A stretch of 64,000 bases of DNA. It comes from Candidatus Pampinifervens sinense. Its GTDB lineage: Bacteria > Aquificota > Aquificia > Aquificales > Aquificaceae. The notes beneath the pieces were generated by a model. That model was given only the letters and a program-made list of their open reading frames with translations. It had not been told where the DNA came from and made no database searches. A program made the translations under genes and the position numbers. Of the stretch, positions 9,274 through 18,378 are shown piece after piece. Numbering within the stretch: the stretch's first letter is position 1; every line of letters starts with the position of its first letter. The stretch lies in the NCBI GenBank assembly GCA_037927135.1, contig JAXSPP010000001.1:128001-192000 (forward strand). The letters are read 5' to 3'.

Positions 9274-10081
9274 AATCAATGATAAAAAGCCCTTTTTCGT
9301 CTTTTTGTAAACTAACCAAAGCCCTTAGATATTTTTCAACTTCCTTTAGAAAAGCATCCTCCACAAAGGGTGCATTCAGAAGTATGAACGTTCCCTCCTC
9401 TAATAGCCTTTTAAGATATTCCATTTCTCTACTAGCTGATACTTCTCTTTGCGATATGAAAATTATATCTGGATTTATATAAAACGCATCCTTTAACCCT
9501 TCTTCAAAGCTTTCCACGTCTGTTCCAATCTCCCTTTGTATCACAAGAGATTGCCCGTGTTTCAAAAGGAAGTTCAAAGGACTTTCAAGTATATATATCA
9601 CTTTACTGTTCAATTCACAATAGTTTTGCAAAAAGGAATAAATGAAAGTACTTGACATAACTTGATTTTTACATTGAAAGACTATTATACCAGAGTTATA
9701 AAGTCTCATAATTTCTTCCAACTTTTCAACCTTACCTTTATCTTGGCATATATGTTGAATACTAGGTATATGGAAAGGAGTCTTTATTATATGAACCACA
9801 TAACTCCCTCTTTGGGTCATATAACTTACCCTAAACCTTCCCACATTCTGAATACCAAAAGAGAACATACCTTCCCTTCCTAAAGGACCAAGGGTCAAAG
9901 GAGAATGACTTCTTAACGCTACCAGTGTATCCCTTATATCCTCAGGGCTAAGCAGATCATCCGAAAGCTTGACAAGCTTTCCTCCCCTTCTTTCCATTAT
10001 AAAAGCTCTAGGAACTAGATATATTTCTGTTACGTCCTCCCTACTTCCAAGGTAGCTTATTATCTGCGGTGCATAATTCAT
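9248..10081 (-). CDS. PilT-like protein with degenerate ATPase motifs
   Basis: GRFRV, ILESPLNF, QREIGTD..SFEEGL..A...NPDII resemble PilT, but there is no Walker A. Confidence 0.75.
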   Translation of the reverse strand: MNYAPQIISYLGSREDVTEIYLVPRAFIMERRGGKLVKLSDDLLSPEDIRDTLVALRSHSPLTLGPLGREGMFSFGIQNVGRFRVSYMTQRGSYVVHIIKTPFHIPSIQHICQDKGKVEKLEEIMRLYNSGIIVFQCKNQVMSSTFIYSFLQNYCELNSKVIYILESPLNFLLKHGQSLVIQREIGTDVESFEEGLKDAFYINPDIIFISQREVSASREMEYLKRLLEEGTFILLNAPFVEDAFLKEVEKYLRALVSLQKDEKGLFIIDFKHIEPQA

Positions 10082-10161
10082 CCCTCAACCTCGTTTCTTT
10101 GATACTGCTCATACAACCTCTTTGGAATAATAATTATATTGAAAAATCAAAGGAGGATAGG

Positions 10162-11196
10162 ATGGCTGTAAAGGACATAATGGATGCTTTAAGGGATATG
10201 GTTGTAGAAAATTCACGTCTATCGGAGCTTGTAAAGGATATTAAGCTTATAGGAACAACTCTTGAAATAGTTTATAGACTCCCTAAAAAAGGTATAGAGG
10301 AGGATATTGTAGAAAAGACGCGTTTGGCCCTTGAAAAGGTGCCGGATGTGGAAGATGTGAAGGTGAGGTTTGTAGAAGATATTCCAGCTCAACAAGTTAT
10401 GGCTTCTCCTATCTTCACAAGAAGAAAGGTGCCAGGGATAAAGCATTTGGTGGCTGTGGGAAGCGGAAAAGGTGGAGTAGGTAAATCTACCGTATCTGCC
10501 AATTTGGCCCTTGCCTTATCAAAGCTGGGCTATAGAGTAGGCCTGCTTGATGCGGATATATATGGTCCAAGCATTCCCACCATAATGGGTGTAAAGGGAC
10601 AAAGGGTATATGTGGACGAGGATAACAAGATTATACCTTTGGAAAAGTATGGAATAAAGCTTCTTTCTATAGGCTTTTTGCTTCCTTCGGAAGATACACC
10701 AGTCATATGGCGAGGCCCTATGCTTATGAAAGCCCTCACTCAATTCCTTTTTGATGTAAAGTGGGGAGATTTGGACTATCTTATCCTTGACCTACCACCT
10801 GGCACAGGAGACGTTCAGCTTACCCTTGCTCAGAATGTGCAGATGAGTGGTGCTGTGGTAGTTACCACTCCCCAGGATGTGGCCTTGGCAGATGTGAAAA
10901 AGGCCGTTGCCATGTTTAGAGAGGTTCAAATACCTGTTTTAGGTGTTATAGAAAACATGGCTTACTTTATCTGTCCAGACAGTGGTAAAAAGTACTATAT
11001 CTTTGGGAAAGGTAGGGTGGCAGAGTTTGCCGCAGCCTATGGCCTAAAGATACTTGGATCCATACCCATAGACCCAGAGCTCTCAGAGACCTCAGACAAG
11101 GGCATACCGGTAGTAGAGAGCCATCCAGATTCGGATACGGCAAGGGCCTTTATAGGTATAGCAAAGTTATTGAGCGATCTTACAGAAAGGAGGTGA
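10162..11196 (+). CDS. mrp: Mrp/ApbC/NBP35 Fe-S carrier ATPase
   Basis: SGKGGVGKST, DADIYGPS, WRGPM, DLPPGTGD and ENMAYFICP motifs; AGGAGG precedes ATG 10162. Confidence 0.95.
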   Translation: MAVKDIMDALRDMVVENSRLSELVKDIKLIGTTLEIVYRLPKKGIEEDIVEKTRLALEKVPDVEDVKVRFVEDIPAQQVMASPIFTRRKVPGIKHLVAVGSGKGGVGKSTVSANLALALSKLGYRVGLLDADIYGPSIPTIMGVKGQRVYVDEDNKIIPLEKYGIKLLSIGFLLPSEDTPVIWRGPMLMKALTQFLFDVKWGDLDYLILDLPPGTGDVQLTLAQNVQMSGAVVVTTPQDVALADVKKAVAMFREVQIPVLGVIENMAYFICPDSGKKYYIFGKGRVAEFAAAYGLKILGSIPIDPELSETSDKGIPVVESHPDSDTARAFIGIAKLLSDLTERR

Positions 11197-11199
11197 AAC

Positions 11200-12420
11200 A
11201 TGTTTATACAAAAGGCTGGTAAAAGGGTGGTCTATTTGGACCACATAGCCACAACGCCTGTAGCGCAGGAAGTGATTGAAGCTATGCTCCCATACTTTAG
11301 AGAGCACTTTGGAAACCCCACATCTCTTCATAGCTTTGGGCAAGTTGCCAAAAAGGCTATAAATGGTGCAAGAGAAAAGCTGGCTGCTTTAATAAATGCC
11401 AACTCTCCGGAGGAGATAATTTTTACCTCTGGTGGTATAGAAGCGAACAATCTGGCCATTAAAGGTATAGCAGAGGCCTATGAAAAGAGGGGAAGGCATA
11501 TAATTACCACGGAGATAGAGCATCACTCCATACTCCATCCTGTTAAAAGCTTAGAAAGAAAAGGTTGGGAAGTGACATACTTGAAGCCAGACAAATATGG
11601 CCTTATACATCCAGACCAGCTTGCAGAGGCCATAAGGCCAGATACAGTATTAATTAGCATAGGGCACTCCAACAGAGAGATAGGAACCATTCAGAACATC
11701 AAAGAGTTGGTAAGGGTAGCAAAGGAGAAGAATCCAAAGGTCATATTCCATACAGATGCTTGTCCAACACTTGGACACTATCCTGTAGATGTAAAAGATT
11801 GGGGTGTGGATGCTGCTTCCTTTACAGCCCATCTTATGTATGGTCCAAAAGGCGTGGGAGCCCTTTGGACAAGGAAGGGAGTGAAGATAAGGCCTCTTAT
11901 AGAAGGTGGAACTCAAGAGAGGGGTGTGAGAGCTGGTACAGAAAACGTGCCCGGCATAGTGGGCTTTGGTGCGGCATGCGAGCTTGCTATGAAAGAACTT
12001 CCAGACAGGATGGAAAGGCTCTCTCGCTACAGAGACAGGCTAAGAAAAGGCCTTGAGGAAAAACTTGACATGATTGAATTCACAGGACATCCTACTCAAA
12101 GACTTCCCCACCACCTTTCTTTGATAGTTCACCTTATAGAAGGTGAAGCTATGCTTTTGAGGCTTGACCTTATGGGTATTGAAACGGCCTCTGGCTCCGC
12201 CTGCGTATCCTTGGCCTTAAAGCAATCCCACGTCCTCTTTGCCATTGGAGTGCCAAAGGAAGTGGCAAATGGTTCCATAGTCTTTAGTTTTGGAAGGGAC
12301 AACACAGATGAAGATGTGGATTACGTATTGGAAGAGTTTCCAAAGACGGTAAAGCTGCTCAGAGAACTCTCTCCCTTTACACCAGAAAACTGGGAGCAGT
12401 ATGTAAAGGGCAAAAAATGA
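11200..12420 (+). CDS. IscS/NifS-family cysteine desulfurase homolog (PLP Lys replaced by Leu)
   Basis: YLD..ATTP, GNPTSLH, RAGTENV and SGSAC motifs; TAHLMYGPKG in place of SxHKxYGPKG. Confidence 0.9.
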   Translation: MFIQKAGKRVVYLDHIATTPVAQEVIEAMLPYFREHFGNPTSLHSFGQVAKKAINGAREKLAALINANSPEEIIFTSGGIEANNLAIKGIAEAYEKRGRHIITTEIEHHSILHPVKSLERKGWEVTYLKPDKYGLIHPDQLAEAIRPDTVLISIGHSNREIGTIQNIKELVRVAKEKNPKVIFHTDACPTLGHYPVDVKDWGVDAASFTAHLMYGPKGVGALWTRKGVKIRPLIEGGTQERGVRAGTENVPGIVGFGAACELAMKELPDRMERLSRYRDRLRKGLEEKLDMIEFTGHPTQRLPHHLSLIVHLIEGEAMLLRLDLMGIETASGSACVSLALKQSHVLFAIGVPKEVANGSIVFSFGRDNTDEDVDYVLEEFPKTVKLLRELSPFTPENWEQYVKGKK

Positions 12421-13661
12421 AGATATTGGTGCATATCTGCTGCGCGCCTGATGCGGTCTATTTCCTAAAGAGGCTTAGGGAAGACTATCCCAGGGCCCAT
12501 ATAGTGGGCTTTTTCTATGACCCAAACATTCACCCTTATGAGGAGTACAAACTCAGGCTTATAGAGACTCAAAGAATATGCAAAGAGTTAAACATAGAAC
12601 TGCACGAAGGTGAATACGATGTGGAGAACTGGCTTTCTTATGTGAAAGGCTATGAAGATGAGCCAGAAAGGGGCAAAAGGTGTGCCCTTTGCTTTGACTA
12701 TAGGCTTTTGAGGAGCTTGGAATTTGCTAAAGAAATAGGGGCCACCCACCTTACCACCACCCTACTTATGAGCCCAAAGAAGGAGTTTTTGATGCTAAAA
12801 GAGAGCGGAGAAAAGGTGTGCGAAGGCTCGGGCATTGAGTTTCTTGCATTGGATTACAGAAAAGGTGGCGGCACGCAAGAGATGTTTAGCCTTTCCAAAA
12901 AACTGGAACTATACCATCAGGACTACTGTGGCTGTATATACGGACTTTTCAAACAGAAAAAGGAAAAGGCTCAATGGGACCTTTTGACCTTTGGAGGAAG
13001 AAGGCCCGGAAGCAAGGAGGAGATGATATTCATAAAAGAAATAAGGCTCTTTGCGGAAGAGGAGCTTTCTCTTTCATGTAAAGAGTGGGAGTTTGGCTTC
13101 TTAAACTGGAAAGTGGTTATGGGTAAGATAGAGGTACAAGGCCAGACCATTCCATCTTTGGTAAGACCTTTCTCTTCTTCTATTAGAGGCCTCTTGAAGG
13201 CAGACCCTGTGGAAAAGGTAGGGAATGTTATCTACTACAACAAGGGGGGTTTGAGAGTAATCCTAAAAGAAAGGCTGGAAGACGAACCCATAGAAAGGAT
13301 AGATGGCCTTTGCAATCCCACCTTTATTGTTTCCAAAGAGTATGAGGAGATTCTCTTGAAAAACAGAGTCAGTGCCATGTTGCAGACGGAGATAACACCG
13401 GATAAATCCTTGGTGCTTTTGGTAGGAAGCCAAGAGGCGGAGGAAATTTTTAAGGTTCCTGCGGATACTTTGCAGGACGGAAGAGGAATAAGCTTGGAAG
13501 AGGTAAAAGATCTTCTTTTAAGAGATGCAAAGGATATAGCCATAGGCAAAAGGGCCTATCTTTTAGTGGGTGCAAGCAGCCTTGGAGACCCCGGCACAAA
13601 GTTTTTTGAAGAAAGAACGGGAAGAAAGGTTAGCCCTCTTCTTTGTAGTCAAACTCCTTAG
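12417..13661 (+). CDS. queH: Epoxyqueuosine reductase QueH (DUF208) with C-terminal extension
   Basis: HICCAPD, PNIHP..EY, RC..CF and QDYCGC motifs. Confidence 0.88.
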   Translation: MKILVHICCAPDAVYFLKRLREDYPRAHIVGFFYDPNIHPYEEYKLRLIETQRICKELNIELHEGEYDVENWLSYVKGYEDEPERGKRCALCFDYRLLRSLEFAKEIGATHLTTTLLMSPKKEFLMLKESGEKVCEGSGIEFLALDYRKGGGTQEMFSLSKKLELYHQDYCGCIYGLFKQKKEKAQWDLLTFGGRRPGSKEEMIFIKEIRLFAEEELSLSCKEWEFGFLNWKVVMGKIEVQGQTIPSLVRPFSSSIRGLLKADPVEKVGNVIYYNKGGLRVILKERLEDEPIERIDGLCNPTFIVSKEYEEILLKNRVSAMLQTEITPDKSLVLLVGSQEAEEIFKVPADTLQDGRGISLEEVKDLLLRDAKDIAIGKRAYLLVGASSLGDPGTKFFEERTGRKVSPLLCSQTP

Positions 13662-14388
13662 CCTCCATCCAAAGCTTTTCCATCTCCTCAAGGCTCATAT
13701 CTTTTAGATTTTTGCCAAGTTCCTTTGCCCTTTTTTCCATATACCTAAACCTCTTTTCAAACCTGTCGTTGGCCTTTTGAAGACAAAGCTCTGCATCAAG
13801 ACCCAAAAGTCTACCAAGCTCTACCACCGCTGTTAGAATGTCCCCAAGCTCATGCTCAAGCTCTCTCCTGTCTTTTAAAGTCATAGCACCTTTTAACTCC
13901 TCTATCTCTTCCATAAGCTTTTCCAAGACTTGCTCTGGCCTTTCAAAATCAAAGCCCACAAGGCTTGCCCTGTCTTGTAGCTTTTGGGACCTCATAAGAG
14001 CAGGAAGGCTCTTTGGCACACCGTCCAACACACTCTCCCTCTCTTTTAGCTTCCTCTCCTCCCAATTTTTGAGAACTTCCTCCGGGCTTTCACATCCAAA
14101 AACATGTGGGTGTCTTTCTATTAGCTTTTTGTTTAACTCCTTTATCACATCCCATATATCAAAGGCTCCCCTTTCTTTGGCAATCTGAGAGTGGAAAACC
14201 ACCTGCAAAAGAAGGTCTCCAAGCTCTTCTTTTAGCTTTTTATCGTCTTTAGAGTCTATAGCATCCAAAAGCTCGTAAGCTTCTTCTATGAGGTACTTTT
14301 TCAAACTCTCATGGGTTTGGCTTTTGTCCCAAGGACATTTTGCCCTCAGTTCTTCCATTATTTTGAGGAGCTCTTCAAAAGGTTGCAT
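13630..14388 (-). CDS. mazG: Nucleoside triphosphate pyrophosphohydrolase MazG
   Basis: CPWD..QTH, EEAYE, EELGDLLLQ and RHPHVF motifs; tandem MazG domains. Confidence 0.95.
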   Translation of the reverse strand: MQPFEELLKIMEELRAKCPWDKSQTHESLKKYLIEEAYELLDAIDSKDDKKLKEELGDLLLQVVFHSQIAKERGAFDIWDVIKELNKKLIERHPHVFGCESPEEVLKNWEERKLKERESVLDGVPKSLPALMRSQKLQDRASLVGFDFERPEQVLEKLMEEIEELKGAMTLKDRRELEHELGDILTAVVELGRLLGLDAELCLQKANDRFEKRFRYMEKRAKELGKNLKDMSLEEMEKLWMEAKEFDYKEEG

Positions 14389-14406
14389 GGAAGTATATTA
14401 TAGTCT

Positions 14407-15612
14407 ATGGTCAGAGAAGCACTAAAACTGCTCTTTCTTATAACAGCCTATAACTTCATATTGCATTACCTATCAGACTTTTTGCCCTTTGACCTGTTTC
14501 CCAAAAATTTGGAAGACATATTAATAGTCCTATCCATTGTGTCCGCCTTATACCTCGCTTGGCTTTTTGGATATAGGGAAAAGACAGTCATATGGCTGGC
14601 CTATGTGTCCTTTTTTCAAGTATTAGGCCTTTCTTTAGTAAGACAGGATTATACGGTTATAACCCAGTTTGTTCCTTCACTGCTTATAACACTTTTGCTC
14701 CTTTGGCTTTTTGAATCACCAGTAGAAAAAAGAACTAAAGAGCTTGAAGAAAGTAGGAAAAAACTTGAGGATGAACTGTTAAAGAATGAGGAAGAATTGA
14801 GGAAGCTTACAGAGCAAATAAACCTTTTAAAAGAGCTTACAAAAAGGCTTTATAGAGAAAAAAGATTTATAGAAGAACAGCTAGAAAGGTTAAAAGAAGA
14901 GGAAAGTGCAGAAAGAAAAGCCTTAGAGAGGGAAAGGGAAGAGCTTAGTGAAAAGCTTACTTATACTCAAAAAAAGCTTCAAGATTACATGGAGAGGCTT
15001 GAGAGGTTGACCAAAGTTAACAGAGAACTCTTTGAAATGCTTGAAGCTATACAAGATACAAGACACAATGATGGAAAGGAAGAGCTTTCAAGATTGAGAC
15101 AGGAGAGAAAGAGGTTGTCAAAGGAGCTTATACAACTCCAAGAACTTCTTGAAACTTTGTCTAAAGAAAACATGGAGCTAAGTAAAAAATATGATGAGCT
15201 AAAACAGGCTTTTGAAAAAGAGAGGAAAGAAAAAGAGCTTTTGAAATTAGAGATTGAGGATCTGAAAAGCACGCAAAAGAAAACTAAAGAAGTCTATGAA
15301 GATATACTTGAAATAATCTTTGATAATTTAGAGTTTGAGGAAAGGGCTATTAAGGAGTTTACAGAGCTAAGCTATGAAGCAAAGAAGGAGTTTATAAAAG
15401 AGCTCCTTCTTTTAGATATGAAGAGCTATGAGGAAAGATTTGAAAGCGTGAGGGGCTATAAGAATGTTTTTAAATTGAAGCCAGCGGGTGGAAGGATATA
15501 CTTCACCTTTGGAGAAAGAAAAAGGTGGAAGATTTTAGGTATGCTGTGGGGTGAAGATACAAAGACAAAGAATAGATATATTAGGGATCTTTTGGTAAAA
15601 TATAAAGACTAA
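14407..15612 (+). CDS. Membrane-anchored coiled-coil protein with C-terminal RelE/ParE-like domain
   Basis: About 4 N-terminal TM helices, a ~190-aa heptad E/K/L coiled coil, and a C-terminal LEFEERAIKEF...VFKLKPAGGRIYF...KILGMLWGED. Confidence 0.7.
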   Translation: MVREALKLLFLITAYNFILHYLSDFLPFDLFPKNLEDILIVLSIVSALYLAWLFGYREKTVIWLAYVSFFQVLGLSLVRQDYTVITQFVPSLLITLLLLWLFESPVEKRTKELEESRKKLEDELLKNEEELRKLTEQINLLKELTKRLYREKRFIEEQLERLKEEESAERKALEREREELSEKLTYTQKKLQDYMERLERLTKVNRELFEMLEAIQDTRHNDGKEELSRLRQERKRLSKELIQLQELLETLSKENMELSKKYDELKQAFEKERKEKELLKLEIEDLKSTQKKTKEVYEDILEIIFDNLEFEERAIKEFTELSYEAKKEFIKELLLLDMKSYEERFESVRGYKNVFKLKPAGGRIYFTFGERKRWKILGMLWGEDTKTKNRYIRDLLVKYKD

Positions 15613-15635
15613 AGGCTGTAAGAGGAGGAAAGGAG

Positions 15636-16853
15636 ATGAGAAGTCTGAAAGAGGCCATTGAGACCCTTCTGTCTTTCAAGCCAAACGATTATATGATCAC
15701 AAATCTTTACCTTAGGCTTGATGTAGAAGACAGAGAAAATAGAAAGTATCTTAAGAACTTTAAGGATCTTGTAAAGGTTCATAAAGAATACTTGGAAAGG
15801 CGAAACTTAAGGAAGGAAGTTCTAGAGTCAATAGAGGAGGATTTTAAAAAGATGGAAGAGTTCTTATCGGAACCTGATAATCTAAAGGGTTGTAGAGGTA
15901 TAGCTATATTTTCATCTTCCGCAAGGGGTATATTTGAGGTGATAAAACTACCTTATGTATACAGAAACAGGTTAATGCTTTCTCACGATCCACTTTTGAG
16001 AGAAATAGCTTCTATAGATGAGGAGTTGGGAAGAGTAGGTATACTTCTGGTGGATAGAAAACATGTTAGGTTCTTCCTTATGGATCTTGAGGGTTTGGTG
16101 GAGGTAGTTGATTTTGTTGAGCCTATAGCCACAAGAGCTCATAAGTTTCACTCTGGTGGTGGCCTTTTGAAAGGAGCGGAAGGTATGATGAGGTTCTCTA
16201 TGCCTCAGAGGATAGGTGGTCCAAATATGGTACAGCATTCCTTTGGTGAGTATAGGTTTCATATGAGGATAAGAGAGGAAAAGCATAGGCTTTTTAAAAT
16301 AGCATGCGATGCTCTCATGGAAGCGTGGAAAGAAAGCAAATTTGACAAATTGGTAATAGGTTCAGACAGGGAGGATATAGAGGAGATAGAAAACCATCTT
16401 CACACATACCTAAAGGAAAGGCTTATTGGCTACATAAGGGTCAATCCATCTTATGTAGAGGAAAATGATTTGAGAGAGAAGGTCTTTGACCTTCTTATTC
16501 AAAAAAGCAGGGAGGAAGAAAGGGAGTTGATAAAGGAGCTTGAAGAGCTTCAGGGAAAAGGTTTAGCAGTCAATGGAACTTCAAAGGTAGTAGAACAGCT
16601 ATATATGGGCAATGTTAGGGTATTACTTGTACCAGAAGATTTTCATAAACCTGGTTATGTATGTGAAAATTCTCATCTACCACTCCTTACTTCAAACTGT
16701 CCTACCGATGAAAAGGTTTATGAGGTACCGGATGTGGTAGAAGAGATTATTGAGATGGCTCTAGAAGAGAGGGCAAGGGTAAAGGTGCTCTTTTTAGAGG
16801 AAACTAAGAGGAAGATAGATGGACTTGCTTGTCTCATGCGGTTCGCTCTATGA
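15636..16853 (+). CDS. Bacterial archaeo-eukaryotic release factor (eRF1/aRF1-like, baeRF) homolog
   Basis: NLYL.LD and GIAIFS N-domain; LLVDRKHVRFF middle domain; GLAVNG...V..L..G.V..LLV eRF1 domain-3 pattern with a Cys mini-domain. Confidence 0.8.
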   Translation: MRSLKEAIETLLSFKPNDYMITNLYLRLDVEDRENRKYLKNFKDLVKVHKEYLERRNLRKEVLESIEEDFKKMEEFLSEPDNLKGCRGIAIFSSSARGIFEVIKLPYVYRNRLMLSHDPLLREIASIDEELGRVGILLVDRKHVRFFLMDLEGLVEVVDFVEPIATRAHKFHSGGGLLKGAEGMMRFSMPQRIGGPNMVQHSFGEYRFHMRIREEKHRLFKIACDALMEAWKESKFDKLVIGSDREDIEEIENHLHTYLKERLIGYIRVNPSYVEENDLREKVFDLLIQKSREEERELIKELEELQGKGLAVNGTSKVVEQLYMGNVRVLLVPEDFHKPGYVCENSHLPLLTSNCPTDEKVYEVPDVVEEIIEMALEERARVKVLFLEETKRKIDGLACLMRFAL

Positions 16854-17446
16854 GCTATGAGAGGGTAGTGATTTTTATTGATGGGTCTAACCTTTTTCAT
16901 GCTATAAGGTATTTGAATGTAAGGATAGATTATCAAAAGCTTATTGCCTTTTTGGCAGAGGACAGAAAGCTCATAAGGGCTTACTTTTATGGAGCTGTTC
17001 CACAGGAAAAGGATCTGAAGAAGAACTCTCCTGAATGGGAAAGTTATCTAAGGCAGAGAAGGTTCCTTGAAGAACTTTCGCTCCAGGGTATAAAGGTAAA
17101 GTTGGCAAAATTGAGGAGGCTTCCTTCTGGTGAGTATGTAGAAAAGGAAGTGGATATCATGCTTGCCACAGATATGTTAAGCATGGCCTATATGAATGTT
17201 TTTGATACGGCTGTGCTTGTGAGCGGAGATAGCGACTTTTCTTACACTGTGGAGGAGGTGCAGAGGATAGGTAAAAGGGTTGAGAATGCTTCTTTTAAAA
17301 GGACAAGTTCTTACCATCTTAGGAAGGTGTGCGATAGGTTTGTGCTTTTGGATGATTATTTGGATAGGTTTGTGATAGAAGAGAGGCTGGAAATTACACA
17401 GGAGGTTAGCTTTTGGGAAAAGATAAAAAGGCTATGGAAAAGGTAA
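16850..17446 (+). CDS. NYN-domain (LabA/DUF88, PIN-like) ribonuclease
   Basis: FIDGSN, EKEVDIMLATD and LVSGDSDF motifs; ATGA overlap with the upstream stop. Confidence 0.92.
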   Translation: MSYERVVIFIDGSNLFHAIRYLNVRIDYQKLIAFLAEDRKLIRAYFYGAVPQEKDLKKNSPEWESYLRQRRFLEELSLQGIKVKLAKLRRLPSGEYVEKEVDIMLATDMLSMAYMNVFDTAVLVSGDSDFSYTVEEVQRIGKRVENASFKRTSSYHLRKVCDRFVLLDDYLDRFVIEERLEITQEVSFWEKIKRLWKR

Positions 17447-18378
17447 AATCCTTAAGGACAAGCAGGAGTGGATGTATAAAGGGTTTAGTTTGTATAGAAG
17501 GTGAGGAGAGCGATACGGTTATCACCGTAGGCAACTTTGATGGGGTTCATCTTGGACATAGATCCCTATTAAATAGGGTTAAAAAGATAGCTGAAGAGAA
17601 GGGTCTAAAAAGTGTAGTTCTTTCCTTTTATCCACATCCCATTAAGGTACTTAGTCCTTCTCAAGCTCCCTGCGAGCTTACAAACCTTTATGAGAAGGCA
17701 GAGCTTATACTTCAAGAGGGTATTGAAAGCGTAGTCTTTATAAAGTTTGACAAAAGCTTTGCTACTCTTAGTGCAGAGGATTTTATAAGGGAGGTTATAG
17801 TTCAAAGGCTAAAATGTAAACACCTTGTAGTAGGATACGATTGGAGGTTTGGCTACAGACGTGAGGGGGAAATAGAGCTGGCAAGGGAGATGGGAAGGGA
17901 GCTAGGCTTTGAGGTGGAGGAGGTACAGCCTTTTAGAATCAACGGCCATATAGTGAGTAGCACATTGATAAGAAGGCTTTTACATATGGGTAGGCTTGAA
18001 GAGGCCTCTTTGTATCTTGGGAGAAATTACTCAATAAGGAGGCGTGTGGTAAAAGGAGATGGGAGAGGTTCTTCTCTTGGCTTTCCCACAGCAAACCTTG
18101 AAAACACGGAAGATCTTTGCCTAAAGGAAGGTGTTTATGTGGTAAAAGTGGAGGGGAATCTGTTAGGCGTGGCAAATTACGGTAGAAGGCCTACTTTTGA
18201 TGGCCACAGAAAGGTGCTTGAAGTGCATATACTTGATTTTGATGGAGACCTAAGAGGGAAGCATATAAAGGTGGAGTTTTTAAAGTTCTTAAGGGAGGAG
18301 AAGAAGTTTAGCTCGGTGGAAGAACTTGTAAAACAGATACAGGAAGATATATCAAGAGCTAGATTGTTCTTCCGTTAA
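17434..18378 (+). CDS. ribF: Bifunctional riboflavin kinase/FAD synthetase
   Basis: GNFDGVHLGH, SSTLIR, GFPTAN and EVHILDF motifs; start codon uncertain. Confidence 0.95.
   Translation: MEKVKSLRTSRSGCIKGLVCIEGEESDTVITVGNFDGVHLGHRSLLNRVKKIAEEKGLKSVVLSFYPHPIKVLSPSQAPCELTNLYEKAELILQEGIESVVFIKFDKSFATLSAEDFIREVIVQRLKCKHLVVGYDWRFGYRREGEIELAREMGRELGFEVEEVQPFRINGHIVSSTLIRRLLHMGRLEEASLYLGRNYSIRRRVVKGDGRGSSLGFPTANLENTEDLCLKEGVYVVKVEGNLLGVANYGRRPTFDGHRKVLEVHILDFDGDLRGKHIKVEFLKFLREEKKFSSVEELVKQIQEDISRARLFFR

Noticed and set aside
13000-13661. QueH C-terminal extension as a novel fusion
   Set aside because: I recall long QueH forms in other lineages, and I see no motif that would support a separate function.
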